Of a DNA stretch of 49,767 nt, positions 43,373 to 49,767 are shown piece by piece. The notes beneath the pieces were generated by a model. The model did no database searches and was not told the DNA's origin. It was given only the letters and a program-made list of their open reading frames with translations. Position 1 is the stretch's first letter, and every line of letters starts with the position of its first letter. The position numbers were made by a program, and so were the translations under genes. The stretch comes from a virus (Duplodnaviria; Caudoviricetes), in the IMG/VR virus record IMGVR_UViG_3300024246_000008, positions 1 to 49,767 of that record; one strand, 5' to 3'.

Positions 43373-46300
43373 TCAGGAGATGCCGGCGTGCTCCAGGCGC
43401 CGCTGGACCTCGGTGGCCACGGCCTCGGCGGTCGCCGCCGGGGGGTAGACCCACATCTGCGTCGTGCGCGACGGCGGCCCGCCTTGGCCGCGGGCGAGGG
43501 CGTCGAGCTGCTCCCACTGCGCCGCGGTGAGCACCGGCTCGGGGCGGCCGGTGCCGTTGTAGACGGCGCTGACGCCCGGCGGCAGCTGGCCGCCGGAGTC
43601 GTAGCCGACGTACGGCTTGCCGTGGGTGACCGCGTCGACGCCGGGGATGTTGGCGATCGAGTGGTACCGGTGCACGCCGTAGTCGAGCCCTGCGTAGATG
43701 TTCGCGATCGGATTCGTGCTCACGCCGTAGAGCTGCGGCAGCGCCTTGGCGTACGGCCCGGCCCAGCTCTTGAACGTCGGCCCGATCACCTGCATCAAAC
43801 CGACGGAAGGGGTGCCGTGCTGCCAGTTGACGTCGGTCTTGTTCACCGCGTCGGGGTTGCCGCCGGACTCCCCGCCGATGATGATCAGGCCGCCGCCGAT
43901 GTTGGCGCTGGTGGCCGGGATGCCGAGCTGCCCGAGCGCGATGGCGACGGTGGGCGCCCAGCGCGCGGAGATCGCCGCGGAGCCCAGCGTCGACCCGAGG
44001 CTGCTGGCGTGCTTGTCACCCCCGAAGATCGCCGAGACGGTGTCGATGATGTAGTCGCCGAGCCGGCCCGCGGCCGCGATCGGGGTGCCGGCCACCACCT
44101 GGCCCCATTGCGATCCGCCGGAGATCTTCCCGGTGAGCGCCAGTGAGCCCTTCACGAGGTTGTCCCAGGTACCGCGCGGGTCGGTCAGCAGATCCGCGAG
44201 CAGCGACGCCGCGCCGGTCGTGTCCTTCCACACCGAGCTGGCCACGTTCCCGATGCCGCCCAGGACGCCGCCGCCTGCCAGCAGCTGCGTTCCCGCGGCT
44301 GCGTGCAGCGCCTTCGCACGGCCCCGGTACTGCGGATCGGTCGGGATGACGTACTCCGGGTAGCGCGGGTCGCCTTCGCCGACGATCGCCCGCGGCCGGT
44401 TGACCACCGCGGGCCCGTCGCCGAGCGGCGCGACGCCGCCCGCCGCGAGCTTCGGGATCTTCAGCGGGGCGATCACGGGGAGCTTGAGGGAGCTGAGGCC
44501 GACGGCGCCGACCACGGTGTTCCAGAGCTTCGCGATGCCGTCGTCGTAGACGTACTGCAGCACGAAATTCACCGGCGTCGCGGTCACGTCGGCGATCTTG
44601 ACGAAGGCGTTCTTGACCGCGGACACGCCGGTGTCGAACGCGTGCGGGACGTCCTGCGTGATCACGGTCTTCAGGAAATCGAAAACCGGTTTGATCACGT
44701 CGCGCCAGGTGCCCTGGACCACGTCGCCGATCACGTGCCAGGTGTCCTTGACGATGTCCCGGAACGTCGCACTGTGCTGATAGGCCAGCACGATCGCGGC
44801 GATCAGCGCGGCGATCGCGATCCCGACGAGGATGAGGGGGTTGGCGTCCATCACCACGTTCAGCGCGCCGGTGGCCACGGTCCACGCGGAGGTCGCGGCG
44901 GTGGCCACACCGGTCGCCACCGCGTTGGCGGCCACGGCGATCCCGGCGCCTGCGGCCTTGATGCCGGTGACCGCGTAGGCGATCCCCGCTTTGCCCAGGT
45001 TGGTGGCCATGCTCAGCGCCGCGCTCGCCCCGTTGGCGATCGCGGTCCCGGCTGAGGACAGGCCGGAGCCGACCGCGGTGCCGGCTTTCTTCGCCGCGCC
45101 CAGGACGTTGGTGCCCAGGGTCGCCGCGTTGGTCGCCCCGGTGGACAGCAGGCTGGTGAAGCTCGACCAGCCGCCCGAGATCGCGGTGCTCGCGGCGGAG
45201 GCCGAGGAAGAGAGCCAGCCCTTCGCCTTGACCAGGACACCGCCGAACTTGCTGCCGGCGGTGCCGCCGCTGGTGAAGGCCTGCACGATGCCGGTAACGC
45301 CGCTGGTCGGGCCGCCGATCAGGGATTTCGCGCCGCTGACCAGCGGCGAGATGCCCTTGTACGCGACTGCCAGGCCCAGGCCCCACTGCACGAGCCCGGG
45401 GGAGAAGTTCGCGACGGTGCCGATCAGGTGGGCGATCTCGCCGTCCACCGACAGGGCCGTGCCGCCCATCGGCGCGAGGGCCTGGACGACGGCGACCGCG
45501 GCCTTCGCGATCTCCTCGACGGTGTGGACCAGTTTCGGCCCGTTGGCCTCGACGTAGCCGACCAGCGAAGAGAACCCGGAGCTGCCGCCGAGGCTCTGGC
45601 CCCAGCGGGAGAATCCCCCGGTCACCTTGTCGAGGTAGTCCAGCAGCCGCGGCGCGTACGGCAGTACGGCGTCCACGACGCCCATCACGCCGGTGGCCAC
45701 GTGCCCCAGCGCGGTGCCGAACCCGAGGATCGACGGGCCGCTGGCCTTGGCGATGTCGCCGGCGAACTTCTGCCACACCGGGGAGCCCAGGGCCTTGGCG
45801 GACCTGGTCTCCAGGGTGCCCAGGGCGCCGGCGGCTCCGGTCACCAGGGGCGTCAGGTCGGGCAGCAGGCTCTTGACGATATTGAGGCCGTTGGCGAACA
45901 GCGGCAGCACGTCGGGCTCGACGGACTGCGCCCAGCCGGTGAACGCGGTCTTCAGCCCGGTGGTGGCGTCGAAAACGGCTTTCTCGGACGGGGTCAGCCT
46001 GTCGTAGGCCGCCTTGGCCTGGGCGGCGGCGGTGGCCTGCGCGTTCCCGGTGCCGGTGGCCGCGGCGGCGGCCTGCAGCTGCAGGGAGAGGATGGAGCGC
46101 TGTGCGGCCGCGATCGAGTCCGCGGACTGCTGGTCGGTGCGCGCGACGTTCGCGCGGGCGTCGGCGAGCTGCCGCTGCGCGTTCTGCAGAGCTTGGGTGG
46201 TCTGGGCCTGCTGCTGCTGCGCGGTGGTGACCAGGACCGAACCGGCGACCCCCGCTGCGTTCGCGGTGGCGGCCTGGTCCTGCAGCCGCTGATAGGCCAG

Positions 46301-47617
46301 GCCCTGCTCTTTGAGCTGCTGGTCGGCCTGGTCGTAGGCGAGCTGGGCCTGCTGGCGCTGCAGCGCGGTCGCGGCGGGGTTGGCCTGGGTGGCGTGCAGC
46401 GCCGCGGTGGCCTGCTCCAACGCGATCTGGTCGGCGCGCTGGGACAGGGAGGCGTCCGTGACGCTGTTGTTGAGGTCCTGCAGGTCCTGCGCGGCCTGCT
46501 TGCGGGCGGCGTCGACGGCCTTCTGCGCGGCCAGGGAGGCCTGCTGTGCCTGGGCGAGGGACTGCTCGGCGGAGGTGACCTGCTGCAGGGCCTGCTGGTG
46601 GGCGTAGCCGGCCTGGCGCTGCGCGGCGGCGAGCTGCTGCTGCGCGCCGGCCTCCTGCAGGGCCTGCTGGGCCGCCTGGTTCGAGGCGGCGCCGGCGTTC
46701 GCGGTCGCGGTGGCCGCGGCGGTGGCTGCCGCGGTCTGCGCGGTGTACGCGTTCTTGACCGCGGTCAGACCGGGCAGCGCGGCGAGGGAGACGGCCCCGA
46801 CGCCGGCGCCGGCGGCGAGGCCTCCGGCGACCAGGCCAGCGCCGGCGATGCCGATGGTGGCGACGGCGGGGATCGCCGAGAGGCCCAGCAGCGCGAACGC
46901 CACGGCGCGGATCGCGGCCATGGCCTTGTCGCTATTGACCTGGATATCGGGCTTGGCGTTGCGCCCGTCGAGCCGGTCGACCTCGGCGGTGACCGCGTCC
47001 AGCTCGACCAGGGCCTTGGCGGCGTCCACGCGCACGTCGACGTCCGCGCCGCGGGAGAGCTCGACCAGCTGCGCGCGGATCTCGGCCATCCGCGTCAGTG
47101 CGGTGGCCGCGTCGATGTCCACCCCGACCCGCTGGCGGCTTAGCTGCAACAGGTCCAGGCGCAGCCGCTCGACCGCGTCCAGGGCCGGTGTGGTGTCCGC
47201 GTCGACGGCCGCCTTGGGCAGCGCCTTGAACGCGGCCTCGAGCCGGCTTTTGAAGGTGTCGGCGAACGCGCCGCCGACCCTGGAGCCCTGCTCGGTGGCG
47301 GCCGGCAGCGCCTTCTTGCCGCCGCTGTCCACGCCCTCGGGGATCGCATCCTCGATGGGCTTCTTGGCGCTGTCGCCGATGCTCTTGCCGAGCTGGTCGC
47401 CGACCTTGGCCGCCGGTGCCTTGGCCTTTTCGCCGGCCCTGGGGATGGCGTCCGCGATCCCGGCCTGTACGCCGCCGGAGATCTTGTCGCCGAGGGTTTT
47501 GCCGACCTCGTCGCCGACCTTGGCGGCGGGGGGCTCGAGCTGGCTGCGCAGCGTGCCTTCGATGCCCTTGGTGGTCGGGATGACCAGGACCGTCACCGAT
47601 CCGACGCTGATGGACAC
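43373..47617 (-). CDS. Tape measure protein with C-terminal lytic transglycosylase (SLT) domain
   Basis: 1414 aa, Ala/Gln coiled coils; ESGGNPDAVN...PSVGLMQVIGPTF...NIYAGLDY. Confidence 0.93.
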   Translation of the reverse strand: MSISVGSVTVLVIPTTKGIEGTLRSQLEPPAAKVGDEVGKTLGDKISGGVQAGIADAIPRAGEKAKAPAAKVGDQLGKSIGDSAKKPIEDAIPEGVDSGGKKALPAATEQGSRVGGAFADTFKSRLEAAFKALPKAAVDADTTPALDAVERLRLDLLQLSRQRVGVDIDAATALTRMAEIRAQLVELSRGADVDVRVDAAKALVELDAVTAEVDRLDGRNAKPDIQVNSDKAMAAIRAVAFALLGLSAIPAVATIGIAGAGLVAGGLAAGAGVGAVSLAALPGLTAVKNAYTAQTAAATAAATATANAGAASNQAAQQALQEAGAQQQLAAAQRQAGYAHQQALQQVTSAEQSLAQAQQASLAAQKAVDAARKQAAQDLQDLNNSVTDASLSQRADQIALEQATAALHATQANPAATALQRQQAQLAYDQADQQLKEQGLAYQRLQDQAATANAAGVAGSVLVTTAQQQQAQTTQALQNAQRQLADARANVARTDQQSADSIAAAQRSILSLQLQAAAAATGTGNAQATAAAQAKAAYDRLTPSEKAVFDATTGLKTAFTGWAQSVEPDVLPLFANGLNIVKSLLPDLTPLVTGAAGALGTLETRSAKALGSPVWQKFAGDIAKASGPSILGFGTALGHVATGVMGVVDAVLPYAPRLLDYLDKVTGGFSRWGQSLGGSSGFSSLVGYVEANGPKLVHTVEEIAKAAVAVVQALAPMGGTALSVDGEIAHLIGTVANFSPGLVQWGLGLAVAYKGISPLVSGAKSLIGGPTSGVTGIVQAFTSGGTAGSKFGGVLVKAKGWLSSSASAASTAISGGWSSFTSLLSTGATNAATLGTNVLGAAKKAGTAVGSGLSSAGTAIANGASAALSMATNLGKAGIAYAVTGIKAAGAGIAVAANAVATGVATAATSAWTVATGALNVVMDANPLILVGIAIAALIAAIVLAYQHSATFRDIVKDTWHVIGDVVQGTWRDVIKPVFDFLKTVITQDVPHAFDTGVSAVKNAFVKIADVTATPVNFVLQYVYDDGIAKLWNTVVGAVGLSSLKLPVIAPLKIPKLAAGGVAPLGDGPAVVNRPRAIVGEGDPRYPEYVIPTDPQYRGRAKALHAAAGTQLLAGGGVLGGIGNVASSVWKDTTGAASLLADLLTDPRGTWDNLVKGSLALTGKISGGSQWGQVVAGTPIAAAGRLGDYIIDTVSAIFGGDKHASSLGSTLGSAAISARWAPTVAIALGQLGIPATSANIGGGLIIIGGESGGNPDAVNKTDVNWQHGTPSVGLMQVIGPTFKSWAGPYAKALPQLYGVSTNPIANIYAGLDYGVHRYHSIANIPGVDAVTHGKPYVGYDSGGQLPPGVSAVYNGTGRPEPVLTAAQWEQLDALARGQGGPPSRTTQMWVYPPAATAEAVATEVQRRLEHAGIS

Positions 47618-47620
47618 CGG

Positions 47621-48073
47621 TCATCCCCCCTTCGGCTGTCGTAGGCGCGGGTCCAGCAGCCGCCGCTGGTCGGCGGTCAGCCGCTTCTTCTTCTGGCCGG
47701 CCACGCCCGGGCGCACCGTCGGGGCCGGCGGCTGGCCCGGCTTGCCGCCGTTCGCGGCGAGCAGGACGTGCAGGATCAGCCGCAGCACGTCGAGTTGGCT
47801 GGCCGCGAGCATCTGGTCGTGCGACCAGGGAGAGGCAGCCGGATCCGCGTCTTGGCCCTGCACGGCCAGGGCCTCGGGCGGCAGGGAGTTGCGCAGGGCG
47901 GTCATGGTCGCGGACTGCGGCGGCAGATGCCGGTAGATCACGCCCAGGCGCCGCCACGTGAGGCGGCCGCCGGTGCGATACAGGTCCCGCAGGTCGATCT
48001 GGCGCTCGGCCAGGTCGGCTTCGAGAGCCTCGCCGTGCGCCCTTAGGAGCGCGGCGAGGCGCCGGATTCCGGG
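47621..48073 (-). CDS. Tail assembly chaperone frameshift extension (gpT-like)
   Basis: -1 frame GIRRLAALLRAHGEALEADL...IDLRDLY...LTWRRL...LPPQSAT; entered near C CCG GAA (48073-48067). Confidence 0.7.
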   Translation of the reverse strand, partial: PGIRRLAALLRAHGEALEADLAERQIDLRDLYRTGGRLTWRRLGVIYRHLPPQSATMTALRNSLPPEALAVQGQDADPAASPWSHDQMLAASQLDVLRLILHVLLAANGGKPGQPPAPTVRPGVAGQKKKRLTADQRRLLDPRLRQPKGG

Positions 48074-48483
48074 ATCTGGATCCCGTGCCACTCCTGCCAC
48101 TGCTTGATCAGCGCGCCGACCTGCCCGAGGCTGATCTCCAGGTCGACGAAGTCCTCGTACTGCTCGCCGAGCAGCAGCCGCAGCAGCGGGCGCAGGTCCT
48201 CCCCGGTGGGGTTCTGCTCGGGGATGCGCGAGTTCTCCTGCCAGTCCAGTTCCTCGGGCGTGCGCAGCTCCCAGATCCGGCGCTCCGGGCCCGCCTTGAA
48301 GCGCAGGCGCTCGTCGCGGGCTTCGCGGGCGACGGCGTCCAGGTCGAAGATCCCGTCGTCGTCGGCAGGGACCTCCCATGCGCCGGAGGGCTGCTGCGCG
48401 GCCTGCAACGCGGGGCGCTGCGCGGCGGCGGGGCGCGCTGTGGGGCGCGGCGCTTGGCGGGCCCGGTTCCTGTTGCTGCTCAT
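48043..48483 (-). CDS. Tail assembly chaperone (gpG-like)
   Basis: ATG 48483 after AGGAG; FDLDAVARE...LRLLLGEQYEDF...IPESGASPRS. Confidence 0.78.
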   Translation of the reverse strand: MSSNRNRARQAPRPTARPAAAQRPALQAAQQPSGAWEVPADDDGIFDLDAVAREARDERLRFKAGPERRIWELRTPEELDWQENSRIPEQNPTGEDLRPLLRLLLGEQYEDFVDLEISLGQVGALIKQWQEWHGIQIPESGASPRS

Positions 48484-48571
48484 GGTTCTCCTGCGGATGG
48501 GTCGCGGATGGTGAAGGCGGCCGCCGCGCATCCGCGAGACGGGGCGGCCGCCGCTTGAGGGCCGGCCGTGG

Positions 48572-49156
48572 CTAGGAGAAGAAGTGGCTGACGTCGGTCG
48601 TGCCGAAGTCGATGATCTTGCTCTTGGCGGGGATGCCGCCCGGGCCGGGGTAGTACGTGAAGGTCATCTGCAGCTGCTTGGCGTCGATCGTGGAGACCTT
48701 CTCGTCGCCGCGCGCGGTGACCATGACGTGGCCGCCGTACTCCCGGACGCGGTGGTCGCCGTCGAGCGTGTCGGTCACGATCGCGTACTTCGTGCCGGTG
48801 GGGATGTCCGACAGGTCGTAGGCCACGACACCGGAGGTCGGCGCGAGCGAGGCGAGCGGCACGTCCTCGTAGAGCGAGATCACCGCCGGATTCAGCGCCT
48901 CCTCCATGACCACGTCGGTGGTGCGCGTCTGCGCGGTGAACAGCGTGCGGATCGGCGCGAGCGTGCCCGCGGCGAGCAGTTCCTTCGTGGTCTGGTTCAT
49001 CTTGTGGTCCAGGCCGTCCTGCGTCATCCAGCCCAGGCACACCCACGGCGCGGCCAGGTCGGAGAAATCGGTCGGCTTCGTGGTGCCTTCCGGCGCCAGG
49101 AAGCAGATGGCGTCGGAGGCGGCGTATGTGAGATCGACGTCGCGCGTGTCAGTCAT
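48572..49156 (-). CDS. Major tail protein
   Basis: FLAPEGTTKPT...WVCLGWMTQDG...VTARGDEK...TFTYYP. Confidence 0.85.
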   Translation of the reverse strand: MTDTRDVDLTYAASDAICFLAPEGTTKPTDFSDLAAPWVCLGWMTQDGLDHKMNQTTKELLAAGTLAPIRTLFTAQTRTTDVVMEEALNPAVISLYEDVPLASLAPTSGVVAYDLSDIPTGTKYAIVTDTLDGDHRVREYGGHVMVTARGDEKVSTIDAKQLQMTFTYYPGPGGIPAKSKIIDFGTTDVSHFFS

Positions 49157-49216
49157 CGGGTTTCAGTCCCTTCGGGGATTGGTGCCCCCGTCGGGGGCGG
49201 CGGCCCGCACGGCAGG

Positions 49217-49636
49217 TCAGGGGCCTGCGGGCGCGGGGTGCAGCGTGATCGAGTAGGTGGCGCCGTACAGCCGCACGGCGGTGTTCGGGTAGGGCAGCCA
49301 GCGCGGCCGGACCACGGACTCGGCGTTGCCCAGCACCGCGGCGACGTCGTCGGCCGACACGGTGACGTTGCGCAGGCCCAGCAGCAGCGCCTCGGCCTGC
49401 CGGGCGAGCCGCGACGCGGCGACCGCATCGGCGCCGAACGCGTTGACGTCGAGGAACGCCCGGTCGTGGATGCGGGTGGCGATCGCGCCGGAGACCCGGT
49501 GCATCTGCAGCAGCGGCACGGAGGTCTCCAGCGTCGCCGGCAGCTCTGTGCAGGCACGCACGTCGGTCAGGCGCGCTTCGAGCCACGGGACCAGCGCGAG
49601 AGCGACGTCGGGCAGCGTCGGGATGCCGGAGGTCAC
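49217..49636 (-). CDS. Tail terminator protein
   Basis: PDVALALVPWL...TELPATLE...HRVSG...DRAFLDVNAFG...PYPNTAVRLYGATY. Confidence 0.78.
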   Translation of the reverse strand: MTSGIPTLPDVALALVPWLEARLTDVRACTELPATLETSVPLLQMHRVSGAIATRIHDRAFLDVNAFGADAVAASRLARQAEALLLGLRNVTVSADDVAAVLGNAESVVRPRWLPYPNTAVRLYGATYSITLHPAPAGP

Positions 49637-49657
49637 CTCGGCTCGCCGGTCTCGACG

Positions 49658-49767
49658 GCGGCGCGCAGCATCGTGTGGTGCGCACGGCCGTCCTTGTCCG
49701 GGGTGTACTCCACGAACCGGGAGTGCGGCGCCTCGGCCGTGACCATCGCCGCGGCCCTGTCCTTGCG
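49658..49767. repeat. Terminal direct repeat (circular assembly overlap), copy 2
   Basis: Matches 4-113 with one mismatch. Confidence 0.95.

Noticed and set aside
49658-49767. Biological terminal repeat of the virion DNA
   Set aside because: It falls mid-gene and a cos-like site exists elsewhere; best explained as assembly overlap

Overview
The window is an apparently complete, circularly permuted genome of a temperate, high-GC actinobacterial siphovirus. Bases 4-113 repeat at 49658-49767 with one mismatch, and one neck gene runs across that junction. Almost all genes are on the minus strand. A late region runs from a promoter/terminator at ~15.5 kb through an Acb2/Tad1-like gene, a 1103-aa repeat/beta-helix fibre, HNH, a proteasome-beta/HslV-like Ntn peptidase, a candidate cos site, terS, terL, portal, MuF-like protein, scaffold, decoration protein, capsid and neck genes. 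It then crosses the junction into tail, tape-measure and lysis genes. An early region (29.5 to 15.5 kb) carries cro, xis, WhiB, an Lsr2-like protein, a replication initiator with internal iterons, an RNase AS-like exonuclease and a ubiquitin-like protein. The immunity/integration cassette holds a repressor, a membrane protein, a tyrosine integrase and an intact attP matching the 3' half of tRNA-Arg(CCT). An accessory DUF6879 / XRE-DUF5753 / HATPase module follows attP. The most striking items are a stand-alone phage-encoded ubiquitin-like protein ending -EEG instead of -GG with no E1/E2/JAB partner, an intact proteasome-beta-like peptidase placed next to cos, and an Acb2/Tad1-like sponge. Together they suggest counter-defence against host protein-conjugation and signalling immunity, which is a hypothesis. 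Family calls are from motif recognition by eye; no searches were run.
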